Assembly: GCA_002104905.1 (NCBI GenBank)
Contig: MCFE01000435.1
Span: 1-64,000, forward strand
Reading direction: 5' to 3'
Origin: Basidiobolus meristosporus CBS 931.73
Lineage: Eukaryota; Fungi; Basidiobolomycota
DNA: 64,000 nt
Made by a program: the position numbers and the translations under genes. Of the stretch, positions 12,673 through 26,645 are shown in pieces (positions within the stretch are counted from its first letter, which is position 1; each line of letters starts with the position of its first letter). Under the pieces are notes generated by a model. It was given only the letters and a program-made list of their open reading frames with translations, was not told the DNA's origin and did no database searches.

Positions 12673-15600
12673 CCCTAATGAACAATAATTTAGACCCACA
12701 GGTAGATCCAATCCCAATCAGCCATCAGGATACAATATAGAGACCATCATAATGCCAGCAGATTGGCAAAAGTGACCCTCTTGACAAGCTTATCATGAGA
12801 TCACAATTGCATTTTGCTTATTATATGGCCATGTGAAGTTATAAAACTTCACAAGATTAGTTTAGCGCTGAAACAATAATTGCATGGCATTGTTGCAGTC
12901 TTATTGCGCTCTACAATTATTATAAATAGATCCAACCTGCCAGGACACTAAATTGCCTCAGATGGCAAAATATATGATGGTATTTCAATGGCCTCACAGC
13001 AAGACACAGATGGCATTATAGTGGCAGTATGGTAGCCAACAGCAAGTCCTATATAATGCTGCCACACCAATTCACCAAATAGGAAATCCTTTTTCTACCT
13101 TCTCTTGTACAATTCATATATTCTACTGTAGAATCACTCCTCTTTACTTGCTTACCCACAACTACCTGGGGTATTCACATATAGTTTGAATCAAAAAAAA
13201 CATTGGCCTCCTACTTACCAACCTCTACAAACACACACACCTGCTACAATTAACATTCTTCTATCACCTCAACTTTACGGTTTCTTAGTATGATTCTTGC
13301 AAAGTTGCCATGACATCTTGTACTGCCTGTAACATATAAATCTTGTAAATGTATGCTCACTTGTTGCCACTTCTGCCATGAATACCTCCTAAGTATCCAC
13401 AAAAACCCTCTTGGTATTAAACCAATATATTCCTTCTCCCTGCTGTACTCTAGTGCCCCTTATATGTGCACTCTGGCTCTTGTTTGTGTGAATTCTGTAT
13501 TGAATGGTGTATTAGCTGGCTTGTGACCAAGAGAAATCTGGCATACCTTGGTAGAGTTTTCCTAATAAAAGCTAGTTGCTTGTTGCACCCAACCCAACTT
13601 TGCATTGCTTTACTGATTACCCATGCATTGGCTCAGCTCAGCATGTTAATGACATAGGCATAGGTGTCTCAATGTGCACATATGCCCTCAGTACTTTTCA
13701 TTTCTTCCTGGCTGTCCTCCATGTACAAACTCAACACATATATGACAGACTTGAAGGTAATATTTGTAATAAGATTGGGATATAGTAGTACCTGAAACTT
13801 GACTTGTCTTCCTATCTCCCCACACATCCACTGCATAGTAAATTCTCAGAAGGTGAAGCAAGGCCCAATATTCTTCACACACCATGCAAAATGGAGTAGA
13901 AAATGCATGCAGCAGCAGCAGAGATCTATGAGTCTGGCTTTATGTTTGCAGCATAGCCATTCAAACCCTGCCACAAACTCCTCTCACAACAGCTGTAGAT
14001 GTGTCAAGTTGGCATTGGTGATCTGCTTCTGGACAAATACTCCTATAATGTCCATGTAATACTCCCATTGCTACCAATGTACGCTTGGTAGGAATGGCTT
14101 CAGAGCACACATTAAATAAATATATATCTAGTTTATCCAGTGTTTGCATTTTTATTGTTGCATATGTGTATAAGTATTGATTGGAGCACATGAGAAGTAC
14201 TTAGGGTAGCAGATACTCTGCAAAATCTTGCCAATTCTTTCAAACTTCTCTGGTATTGTGAAGGACTCATTTAGCTTGAAATGCCCCATGAGCAACTTGG
14301 TCATCAGCATAGGGATATTGTTGAAAAGCAAATGCATTGCTCCTAGTGGAAAGCTTTTGCTCCAACATGTTCCCTCTATCTTAAGCATCTCTGGTCTTCA
14401 ATTGATTCCATATTCTGGCCAATGGCTTATAGCTTGGCAACTTTGCTGCAATTGCATGCTGACTTGTGTATTTACTCTCTGTGGAAAGATGATGTTCTTA
14501 GTGCTGGTGTTTGGGTATTAATAATGTGTGTAGGTTATGGAGTAAGTCCCCTGGATCTCACATATTTGACAGCAATACTGTTCATTGTGCCTGGAAAAAC
14601 CTGCTATCTTGCTGACAGATGCGGCATCCCCAATGCAGCTATTAATATGTGTTTTACATAATGGCCATTTACTATTATCCTGCTGGAAAGCATACAGAAT
14701 TAATCCAGCAATGGATACAGGTTGCTATCCAGGTTGGATGGTGATCTAGGCCCAGATATCAGGGAGACTATCATCATATTATTGCTCTGATACCAGAAGA
14801 TGTGTGGCCAATCAGGTTGATGAGAACTAGTAGCTATTGGGATTTGCTGGTAGAGTACTTGTTTAATGAGAGTCCATCAAGTGCTACAGCAAAGGCATGG
14901 TCATACATGCCCTCAAAGAAGCCCTTGCTTCTTAGCTGTTTCTAATGTTTACCATCAAATATATTGGATAGGTTTGCGCTTGAGTGATATTGAGTGCAGT
15001 GCTGTATAGCTATTCAATATTTGTTAGACTGCATTAGCTTCCTTAGTTGGGGTATGACTAGAATATATCCCAAGTGTGAATAATGTTTTCCCTCAATGGT
15101 GGTGGATTCCTGACCATTTGAACATGTTGCAATGGTAGCATTTATAAAGCCTAGAGGCAGCGCAAACTCACCTAACTCAATTTGCGTAAGGTGACATAAA
15201 TGGCCAGGTGCAAGTATAGAAGTTTCAACTGGCAGGCAAGATAATTTTGTACAGTAGTAACCAATGAGTGGTCAAATATGGCCTGAGTGGCAAAATACTG
15301 GCTGTGATCCTTGTAGCACTTCCTATGCTGCCTGCAAGCTTCAGGGCTGAGAGGCTTGCAACAATAGCCCCATGGATGTATTTCTCTTCTCTTATGGCAT
15401 TGAGTCATAGTAGTCTTGTTCATGGTACAAACAGTTTGACCTTCAATAATATAACACTATTATATCACTTTTTTGTCAATACTCATGTGAATTTAAGACA
15501 GTCTTGTATTTGAGACATTGCACCTACATGGATGTAAGATTCAATTTTGACCTGTCATAGTAAGCATCATAGATAAAGTTGTGAGACCACATGCATACAT

Positions 15601-18021
15601 ATATGTAATACTATTTCCTCATTGGTTTGACTCACTTCCATATATATGCCACCAAAAAACAAAGCAAAGCTGTCTGGTTTGTAACCAAATGCCACTGCTG
15701 ATGGTGGCAGAAGAACTGTTGGACAACAGCTTGCTTTGCCAATCAGTGCAACAAGCAGGGCTACATCCAAAAAAGGCCATGTTATTCGTGTGCCCACTGA
15801 AGATAATAATGCAGACTCCTCAGGCTCTCTGTCAGTTAGAAATTGAGAACCTCTGAGGAGCCACAAGCTGATGATTATGCTCAGGCAGATGAGAATGCAG
15901 CAAATGCAGTCGCATTAGTTGAAGACCTGCCAGTAGCCTTCATAACATCACCACCTCCCATATTAGCAAGTATGTTGTTGGCTCATACCAAAGCATTAAT
16001 AAAGCCATTAGTTGCAGTGGCTGATAGGATAGATGCAATGGTCCTGAGAAATCAGGAAATAGTCTAGAAACAGGATGAGTGGAAATACATGTATAGGAAT
16101 CAACATCCCAGGTAGAGAAAGCAGTATCTTTGCTGCAAGGAAGGAACTCAAGTAGCTCAATGTCATAGCCAAGAATTATGCCATTTCCCAATGTAATGGT
16201 AGAGGAACACTGTACAGTCTTGGAAGCACAACAACAGTGCCCAATGATAAAGGCTACAGAATAACCTATCACAGTGTGGGAAGGAGACAATGTGGTATTT
16301 ATACCTAAGCCTATAAATCAAAAGACATTGAAGATCAATGAGTCCGTTGAGTGCAATAATGAATAGTGGGCTAATATTCAAGAGGCCATCAGAAGTCTAG
16401 CACACCATGACCTTAAGGCCAGCATACCATGGAACATCAGGAGCTCAAGGCCAAGCAGAGTGCACTTGACTTGTTGCCTGAGCATTATCCTGGATCCAAA
16501 CAGGCAAACCAATTTTGGGCCAGCATTGGTATGCTAAGAGAGTATCTTAAGGATAGCAGAAACAATCAAAGGCAGAAGAACAAGGGTGCCATGGCCAAAA
16601 ACCAGCAGCTTCCTCAAGAGCCTGTTACAAGCAGGACCTAAAGCTCCAGACAAGCATCAAAGCGACAGCAGGTAGCTGGAAAAGTGCCAATTAGGGACAA
16701 GCAGCCAAACACAGATGCTCCAGCACAGCATTTTATCAAGTAAACAATGTGGTACCACTCAATTAGCACTCAGCCAAAGTAGCAGTGAAGGTCCTGTCAG
16801 TGATAAACGCCAGCAGCTTTTGCAGGAGCCTTTCACAACTACAATCCAGAGCTCTAAACAAATGGAGAACAAGCATCAGGCTGCCAGAAGAGGGCCAGCA
16901 TGGGACAAGCAGGCCAAAATAGATGTGTCAGAGCATAATTTATCATTAAGAAAATGTAGTTCAATGCAAGAAGCACTCCAACAAAGTGATAAATGAAAAG
17001 GTTAAGGGAAAGGTGTCTACACTGGCCCAAAACAAGGAGTCATGCAAGAAAAATTGCAGTTCCTACCAATCAACACCACAAGCCCAGAACAGACTGAATT
17101 CCATCATAGCCACAAAGAATATACCAACAAGAAAACATCTGTTTTCACAAGAGTTGGAAGCACTGCCGGTGGATCCACACTGCAGCAAGGTAGATGGTTT
17201 GCAGAAAAAGGCAATTCATCTATCACAGAATCCATATCCTCTGTTGCTGACAGAGTGGAGATCCCACTGACAGACCAGGCTACAAGTGTCAAGAGCTCAA
17301 AAGACTATCACACTGCCTTCAGTGGAACTTTGGGACATTAATAGGCACACCAAGAGGTTGAAGCACTACTTCAAGTGCAGTGCTCAAGAAGACACACTGG
17401 ATTATTGCAAGGATTGATTGAAAGACTTGCAAATGAGGTGCTAGACTTTGCAGTTCAGGCTGAAGACCGGGATGTGTGGGAACTAGTGAATAAACAATGC
17501 CATAAGAGCTGTTGGGTTCCCACCAAAGTTGTGGAACCAGAGTGTTACAGCAGAGATACTTATTGAGTGATAGATTTCAATGTAGTTACTTGTTGAGTGT
17601 GGGGTTGGGCTTAATGTCAGTGTAGGGTATAGGGACTTGTATAGGTCAATACAATTGGCAATTGAGGTACAACTGAAGCTTCAATGGAAATTAATCAATT
17701 TGTATGCATCAAAAGTAAAGAAATGGTTGAGTCAAGAAGTAAGGAGTGTGAAAAGAGGTAATAGCCAATCAATGTACACAAGCATAGGAGGTGATAGGAT
17801 GTCTGGGATTAGAAAGTGAGCAAATTGGCTGGGAATCAATCAAAAGCCACTAATATATCAATGTGATGAAAATTTTTCTCCAGGTTTTTTTAAAAGCAGG
17901 AGTGTAATTATTTTTCAACAGTCTCAGGATGGCATCCTGACAGATTAGTACTGCCTAGTCACAGGACTTTATCTTTGTGATGGCCTTTTGATGGGATCAT
18001 TATAATAATATTCCAGTAGGG
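12673..18021 (-). mobile_element. Full-length EnSpm/CACTA-type (CMC) element X1, 5349 bp
   Basis: CCCTAATG...CCAGTAGGG termini flanked by TATA/TATA, inserted in the P2 transposase. Transposase pseudogene ~13400-15570 (-); ORF2 ~15646-17695 (+). Confidence 0.75.
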
Positions 18022-18293
18022 TATATGCCAAGTCTGCCATATATTTCACCCTATACTGAGTCTGGGATGATTCTCTACCCAGAGTACTTTGTCATGCCTA
18101 CTTCCAGCAAATGACCCACTAAGCCAGATTATGTTGCCCTCAATGCAGGACAGTGCTTGATACTTCACACAGTATGCTTTGTACTTGTCAGAATAAAAGT
18201 GTCTCTGCTCACCAGAAGGTCTGTTGATCCTGACTGGGAGGTATCCAGAATACTGCTTATATTGAACCTGTTGCTGAACACTCAGGGATACGG

Positions 18294-19097
18294 TGTGGTG
18301 GGGTAAACATACCTCCCACAGACAAGTTTATTCATATAGTCATTATGATATACTTATCCATATTTTATCTTATCAGTATTATCCCATTCTTCTTTTGCCC
18401 ATATTATCAGTATTATCCCCATATGATGTTTACCCTGATTAGTTATTAGCATTAGTTTATCCCAGATGTTATTCAGCTTTGTGATCAGTAGATGTATCTA
18501 TATAAGGCAAGTACCCGCGTCAGTACCCGTGACACATGACCTAGGTCTGTGTTACCATCCCTACCATTTTAATACCATATATGGTATTTCTATGTTGCAC
18601 AGGTCTCAGACTACTGATTCCTGATTGGTTGAGGGTGCTGTGCCTTTTAGAACCTTCCAGGACATTCTTGGCATATTTTTAGCTCATAGTGATGTCATCA
18701 AGAATTCCACTGATACCTAGAATCTTCTAGAACCTTGTCATTAGTAATCACTTGGCCATCAGGAAAAGTATTTAGGGAATGCAATCCCTCATCAATAAAT
18801 CATCCCTTCTATCAGTAACACTTCTACCTTATTGATTAGCAGTTGATCACTGCACCTGCCTTCAACAGTACATCTCAGACCTGCAATCAAGGAGCTTTTC
18901 AGGGTAGTGCACAAGACACACAGAGGCCTTTGGAGACACTTGGAGCACCTAGGAAGCTAGAGAAGCAGGAGCTTTTACCATAGTGGCATAATGACAAAGA
19001 CACCAGCAGTTTAGACACATAGGTTATTGCACCCATCAGACACCTCACACACCTTGAGTTGTGTAGTTTCTCCCAGGAGTACCTCTACACCACCACA
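18294..19097. mobile_element. Solo LTR (804 bp, family C, probably Ty3/gypsy), 4-bp TSD
   Basis: TGTGGTGG...CCACCACA inverted ends; flanks ACGG/ACAG. The PHIS transposase rejoins when compared with 9201-9240. Confidence 0.75.
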
Positions 19098-19770
19098 ACA
19101 GAAGTCTATTGGAGTTTCTTTAACTAATATTCCAAGCATGCTCTAAGTCTTTCATACCCTTTGCAAGGTGGTTCCCTGTTGCTGTCAGCAGGGAATGAAA
19201 GCTCCTAGCATCTTTGTTGCCATGGATGGTATGATGAAACCTTGTAGGGCAATAACTCTTGTAAGAGCAGAGAAGCTTAACAAGGGATTTCCTTGAGTAG
19301 ATTGGGGTACCAGGTCCACAGTACTTGGTATAGATCTCCTTTAGTGTGTCAAAAGGAAATCCAGTGGTAGGATGGAATTGATGAGAAAAGAGCATTCAGA
19401 TGAGTAAGCCATATTAAAACTGGTCAATGCTTGGGGTGAGGTGCCTTGGGTTGGTTTAGTGCAATTAGCTTTATTTATCTGACTTTCCATGCATTATGAT
19501 TTAAAGCCCATCAATTGCCATATATCCTATCATTATGCTGCAAAAATCAACCTCAAACAATGTCTTGGTATTTTATTAATGCGTTATTGATAATTCTATA
19601 ATCAAATAAGAAATCTGCAATTAATGGGATCTGATCCATGTCAATGCAATCCAAGATCCATCATGCATAATATATGAAAGACTTGGCAACCACATTTGTT
19701 TTTGTACATATTTCATATAAGACCAGGTTGATGTCAATACACTACTGTATAAGTATGCAAATTGGTCACT

Positions 19771-21000
19771 ATGGTCCCCATACCAAGTCTTAACTCATCT
19801 TTAGTACAACCCAGACAAAGCCCATCCCCTAGCCCACAAGCATGGTCTGGACTGGAAAAGTTGATGCTGGATTAGTTTGAGTTCTTGCCAACTGACTTTG
19901 GTATGGCCCAAGTGTCTTTGATGACCCTTCATAGAGATATGTGGGTGCTACTCATTAATCAAGCAGAGCTAGATACCTTAGAGAGTCAACAGAGATGGAG
20001 GAACCTGAGTAGAAAGCTGTGGCATGAGGTCTACATCATGATGCCAATGGATGTATATAAGAAGATATATAAGAAGACAAGTATTGAAATCAAGAATGAG
20101 CTGAGAGTGAGGGGATTTGATAAGGAAGCTGCATGCAAACAATTTTGCACGCAATTTGCTCAGTACAGCCTGGATGTGTCTGTTTGTGCCTTAACTTTGG
20201 AAACCAAAGAGATCTGAATCAGTTTTTGCCTCAAATGAATAATGTACTATGTGATATATTAGTAGAGCTAAGTGGCTTCCAAGAGCAATATACACAGGAC
20301 TCATCCAGGCAACAGTTCCAAAGTATGGGACACAGGGTAAGTGGATACCTTGAGAAATCAGAAGGTGAGCTTCAAAAGAAAGAATGCCAACCACAAGCAA
20401 CAGCATTCAGATTGCACCAGCACACCTTGCTGGATTCCTTACCATCCTCTGCAACTTCAGCATGCCAGCACATGTCTGTCTAATCCATGCCAACACCCTT
20501 CACAAGGGCATCCTGCATCAAGTCAATGCACAAACTTCAGAGCAAAGCTACCAGAACTTGCCAAACTGCTCATTTAGACGCAAGTCCATTGGAGCAGGCA
20601 AAGATATGTTAGCAAGCAACATCATATTGAACTCAGCCAAGGGTCATGGCAATTCATCAAGTTGTGCCTGCATGTGCTGTTACTCCTTACCATCCGCAAG
20701 TTACTTCTGGTGAACTGACTAATGATGACCCACATGGCATGCCTTCACTGCCAGGGCCTTTGGCAAGTAAAAGACATATCAGCATGTAGCACAGCAGGCC
20801 AGTTCAGTAGCATCATCTGGAGCAATTAAGTGCAGCCAAGCTGTGCATTGCACTCATCAACTAGAAGGCAAAATACTGACTACAAGTACAAAAGTAGCCA
20901 AGATGATAGTCAACAAGGAAGTAGTTTAGGTGTGCAAAGTGAATCACTACCAAGTGCTTCAGTAGTAATCCCTGTGAGAAAAATACCTAGGAGAAGATGA
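19771..21000 (+). pseudogene. PHIS partner ORF of copy P2, disrupted
   Basis: SQQRWRNLSRKLWHEV...IKNELRVRGFDKEA, homologous to 4744-5991. Confidence 0.65.
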
Positions 21001-22129
21001 TGCAATTGAATGGAGTTCTTATTATTGTCATGATCCAAATAATGCATTTTTTTGCAATCCAAATCAAGTTTTTGCAAATTAGTGATCACCAAATTTTTGA
21101 TATAAGTAATATCAAGGTTGTCTCACATTTGAGACAGTACCCCTATAAATGAATATCCTACATAAATTTACATCATCTGTAACACCAGTGCAGCCATTTG
21201 ATCAGTTTTGCATCTACCCAATTGTTTGCATGCCAGCATTGACACCTTGTGCAATCACTAGGATCAGGGATTTACTTGCTCAATGAGAAAATTGGAATAT
21301 TGGATAGCAAGTCAGGTAGCTTGTATAATGGTCAAAGAGCCAATTGAGGGCTGACAGTTTCAGGATACTTTTGGACCAATTAACCACTAAGATACCATCA
21401 AATTAGAGTGATGGTAACATAAACATTAAGTATCAGTGTAGTTTATAGTGTTATATTCATTTATTTCCATTTACATTAAAGAAACATATTGTAATACTAG
21501 ATTTTACCTACCATAACATTGGTATCCAATTGCACACATAATGCAAACATTACATGTTGGTGCAATCATACGTGCCAACTGCATTATGTCAGATTGTGCC
21601 ATAGTGTGCAAGATTGTCCCACATAGTGCAAAATTGTCCAAGAGCAATCCTGCCTACTGGTAGCTAAAATGTAATTCTTGATTGTTCTTTACAACTGCAG
21701 ATTACACCATGTGCCCTGGCATGGTACAATGGAACAAGTCTATAGTCCACAGGGCCTTTTTTGGTTGTAGCCCTGCTTGTTGCACTGGACTTCAAAGCAA
21801 GCTTTGGTCCAACTGTTCTTCTGCTGCCATCAGCAGTTGGGCTTGTTTGGGAATCTGATGACTTTGCTTTATGTTTTGGCGGCATATAAATGAAAGTGAG
21901 TCAAACCAAAGGGGAAATAGTATTACATATACATGTGTATGTGGTGTCACAACTTTATTTATATTGCTTACTATGGCAGGTCATCATGGAATCTTACATT
22001 CATGTAGGTTCAATGTCTCAAATACAAAACTGTCTCAATTTCACATGAGTATTGACCAAAAAGTGATATAACAGCATTATGTTGTTGAAGGTCAAACTGT
22101 TTACCCCATGAACAAGACTAGTTTGATTT

Positions 22130-22476
22130 TGTTGTAAAAATTTGTATTTCCACCTAAATATTCACCTAACTTAGTCACTTAGATCATTACCTTCAAATCC
22201 TAGAGAATACTGACCAAATTCCTTGTTGGGATTTACTTGGAATATTTTCACCAAAATACCAGGTACCCAGAACATGAAAATTCCAAAGTTTCCAAACAGC
22301 CCCAAACTTTGCACACATGTTCTTAGGACCTTCCGTAACCTATTCTATGTGTTTGTAATGCCAAGACCAGGTAAAAGTATCTATACTACTTTTACATTCA
22401 ATAAATCATTAAGTGAGAACCACATAATCTACTTGTTCTCCCAATCACTTCCAATATCTCCAAGACTCTTATAACA
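22130..22476 (+). mobile_element. Solo copia LTR (family A, 347 bp), TSD GATTT
   Basis: GATTT|TGTTGTAAAA...CTCTTATAACA|GATTT; homologous to the LTRs at 31731, 32728, 36714 and 37524. Confidence 0.9.
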
Positions 22477-24044
22477 GATTTGACGCCATAAGAGAAGAGA
22501 ATTAAGTCCATGGGACTATTGTATCAAGCCTCTCAGCCATGAAGCATGCAGACAGCATAGGAGGTAATGCAGGGATCATGGCCAGTGTTTATACCACACA
22601 AGCCATGTTTGATCATTCAGCAATCACTACTGTCCCAACATTATCTTGCTGGCCAATTCATAGTTCTATACTGGCACATGTCCACCTTTGTAACCTTGCA
22701 CAAACTGAGTCAGTTGAGCTTATGATGCTTTTAGGCTCACATTAGCCTTCTGAATATGGCACTCAGAGTGGTAGCTCTGATAAATAAGGCTCACTGATGG
22801 ATTGTGAGCCTATCTCCCCTGACAACAGTACTATGCATGATACTGGTTAAATCCCAATATGCAATGAGACAACACCTGTTGAAACCATTGCTGAGGATAC
22901 TCTATGGAGCCAAGTGAGCCCAGTAATCCATCTACTGGTGAGTGATGTGATGTTGTGGCTAGAAAAGTAACACATTTCCACTAATATCAGAAATGGGAGC
23001 TTTGAGGATTTATTATTACTTCTTGCCAAAATGATTCCAGGATGGAACTTACCATGTACATGGTACAAGTGGACTACCATCGTGCAGCTGGCAACATATG
23101 ATCCAGAGACTGCCCTGATTCCAGGATATGTTCAAAGTTGAATTGCATTCACATCCAAAATGCTACCATGGCAACATGTCCAAATTGTCAGGAATCCACT
23201 ACCATTGAGGGAAAGCATTTTTCACACTCTGGATATATTCTTGTAATACCCCATCTGAAAGTAGCCTATGCAGTCTCACCACTATTGCTAAGCTATACAG
23301 AATTGCACTCAGTATCAATCAAGTGCAAATATATCTAATATATTTAATGCCAACCATAATAAACAGCTAAAAAGCATGGGCTACTTTGAGGCTATCTATG
23401 ACCATGCCTTTGCCTTGGCACTTGATGGATTCTCATTAAACAAGTACTCTACCAGCAAATCCTGCTGGCAACTGATTCTCATCAACCTGAATCTGCCACC
23501 CATCTCATGGTATCAGAGCAACAATCCAATTGTAGTCTCACTGGTATCTGGGCCTAAGTCACCGTCCAACCTGAATAGCTACCCATACCCTATGAAAAAT
23601 AATTTGTTCCTGCAGGTGGATCCAATCTACATCAGCTGTCAAGATGCTGTTTAGAGACGGTTATAATAGCAGCAGCTTGGAATTAGTGACCCTCCTACCA
23701 ATCTTATGACAAGATCATGATGGTGTTTTACTAATTTTACAACCAAATAAAGGGATAAAACTTGACAATATTTTATTTGCACTGACAATATTTGCATGAT
23801 ATTGTTGAGGTCTTTCAGCACTCCATAACTATTTTAAGTGGATCCAGTTGGCCAGGACATCCAATTGCCTTAAATGGCAAGAAACTTGACAATATTTTGA
23901 CAGCCTCATAGCCAGATTCTGATGGCATTATACCGGCAGTATGATGGCCTACTGCTTCTGCCATGAATACTTCCTGAACATCTGCAAGGAACTTCTTGGT
24001 ATTTAGCCAATATATTCCTTCTCCCTGCTGTATTCTAGTCCCCC

Positions 24045-26424
24045 TTATAGGTGCACTCCAGCTTTTGTTTGCGTGAATTCCATATCAAATGGTGTAGAAG
24101 TTGGCTTGTGACCTTCAGAAATCTGGCATATCTTGGTAGAGTTTTCCTGATAAAAACTGGTGGCTTGTTGTACCCCATCCACCTTTGCATTACTTAACTG
24201 ATTGCCCACACATTGAGGCTGCTTAGCTTCTAAATGCATAGGCATAGGTGTCTCCATGTGCACATTTGTCCTCATATTTTCAAACTCTTTCTGGCTGTCC
24301 TCCATGTGCCAACTCATCAGATTCATGATGGACTTGAAGGTAATATTCTTGATGAGATTGAAATATGATAGTACCTGCAACTTGACATGTCTTCCTATCT
24401 CCCCACACATCAGCTCCATAGGAAACTACCAAAAGGTGAAGCAAGGCCCAATATTATCCACATGCTGTGCAAGATGGAGTAGAAAATGGATACAGTAGCG
24501 GCAGAGATCTATGCATTTAGCTTTATATTTGTAGTATAGCCACTCCAATCCCATCACAAACTCCTCACACAACAGCTGTAGATGTATCAAGTTGGCATTG
24601 GTGATCTGCTTCTGGATATATTTTCCTTCAGTGTCCAAATATGACTCCCAATGCTTCCAATGTACTCTTAGTAGGAATGTCTCAAGAACTCCACTTGAAT
24701 AAATACATATCCAGTTCCACCAGTCTTTGCATTTGTATTGTTGCATATGCATATGAATATTAATTGGAGCCTGTGAGAAGTACTTAGGGTAGCAGATACT
24801 CTGTAATATCTTGCCAATTCTTTCAGATCTCTCTGGTATCTCAAAGGGCTCATTTAGCTTGAAATGCCCCATGTACAACTTGGTCATCAGTATAGGGATA
24901 TTGCTGAAAAGCAAATACATTGCTGCCAGTGTAAAGCTTTTGTTCCAACAGACACCCTCTATCTTGAGCATCTCTAGTTTCCAATTGATTCCATATTCTG
25001 GCCAATGGCTTACAGCTTGCCAACTTTGCTGCAATTGCATGATGAGTTATGTATGTTCTCTCTGTGGAAAGATGATGCTCTTAGTGCTGGTGTTTGGGTA
25101 TTAATAATGTGTGTGAGTTATGGTGTAAACCCCCTGGATCTCACCCATTTGACAGCAATGCCATCCATTGTGCCCAGAAAAACCTGCCATCTTGCTGATG
25201 GCTGGGGTATCCCAATGCAGATAGTAATATGCACTTTTACATGATGGTCATTTACCATTATCCCACTGGAAAGCATACAAGATTCATCCAGCAATGGATG
25301 CAGGTAGGTATCCAGGTTGGACGGTGATTTAGGCCCTGATACCAGTAAGACTACCATCAGATTATTGCTCTGATACTGTAAGATGGGTGGCAGATTCAGA
25401 TTGATGGGAATCAGTGGCTTACAGGATTTGCTGGTAGAGTACTTGTTTAATGAGAATCCATCAAGTGCTAAGGAAAATGCATGGTCATACATATCTTCAA
25501 AGTAGCCCTTCCTTCTTAGCTGTTTGTATTGTTTGCCATCAAATACATCTGATATGTTTGCGCTTGGTTAATACAGGGTGTAGTACTGTATAGCTTTGAA
25601 ATATTTGTTGGACTGCATCAGCTTCCTCAAATGGGGTATGACCAGAATATATCTGGAGTGTAAACAATGTTTTCCCTCAATGGTGGTGGATTCCTGACAA
25701 TCTGAACATGTTGCAATGGTAGATTTTTGGATGCAAATGCCATGCAACTGTTTACATATGCTGGAATCAGAACAGTCTCTGGATCATATGTTGCCAGCTG
25801 CATGACGGTAGTCCACTTGTACCATGTACATGGTAAGTTGCATACTGGTATGATTTTGGCAAGATGTAGTAATAAATCCTCAAAATCCCCATTACTAATA
25901 TTAGTGGAAACGTGCCACTTCTCTAGCCACAACATTACATCATTTACCAGTAGATGGAATACTGAGCTCACTTGGCTCAATAAAGTATCCTTGGCATTGG
26001 TTTCAACTGGTGCTCTCTCATTGCATATAGGGATTTGACCGGGCTTATATGTGGTACTGTTGTAAGGGGAGATAGGCTCAAAATCCAGCAGTGAACCTTC
26101 TTTGTCAGAGCTATCACTCTGTATGCCATATTCAGAAGGCTGAGGTGAGCCTAAAGGTGTAAGAAACTCACCTGACTCAGTTAGTGCAAGGTGACAAAGA
26201 TGGCCAGGTGCCAATATAGAAGTATCAACTGACCAGCAGGATAATGTTGAAACAGTAGTGATCAATGAATGGTCAAATATGACTTGGGTGGCAAAATACT
26301 GGCTATGATCCTTGTAATACTTCCTATGCTGTCTAAGTGCTTCATGGCTGAGAGGCTTGCCACAATAGCCCCATGGATTAATTTCTCTTCTCTTATGGTG
26401 TTGAGTCAAAGTAGTCTTGTCCAT
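24045..26424 (-). pseudogene. EnSpm/CACTA transposase (Transposase_21 + DUF4218 type), frameshifted
   Basis: LALDGFSLNKYSTSKS..LNLPP..SGPKSPSNLDTYLHPLLDE and HLAQHVDNIGPCFTFW..ELMCG motifs. Confidence 0.85.
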
Positions 26425-26645
26425 GAGTCAAACAGTTTGATCTTCAACAATGTAACACTATTATATCACTTTTTGGTCAATGCTCATGTGAACTTAGGAC
26501 AGTTGTGTATTTGAGACATTGCACCTACATGAATGTAAGATTCCATGTGACCTGCCATAGTATGCATTATAAATAAAGTTGTGGCACCACATACACATGT
26601 ATATGTAATACTATTTCCCCTTTGGTTTGACTCAATTCTGTATAT

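Larger units (their letters stand above)
12190..21741 (-). mobile_element. Full-length PHIS copy P2 carrying two nested insertions
   Basis: Termini AGACTTGTTCCATTG / CAATGGAACAAGTCT. Removing X1 (+4 bp) and the 804-bp LTR (+4 bp) leaves 3391 bp, versus 3392 bp for P1. Flanks ACT/ATA. Confidence 0.8.
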
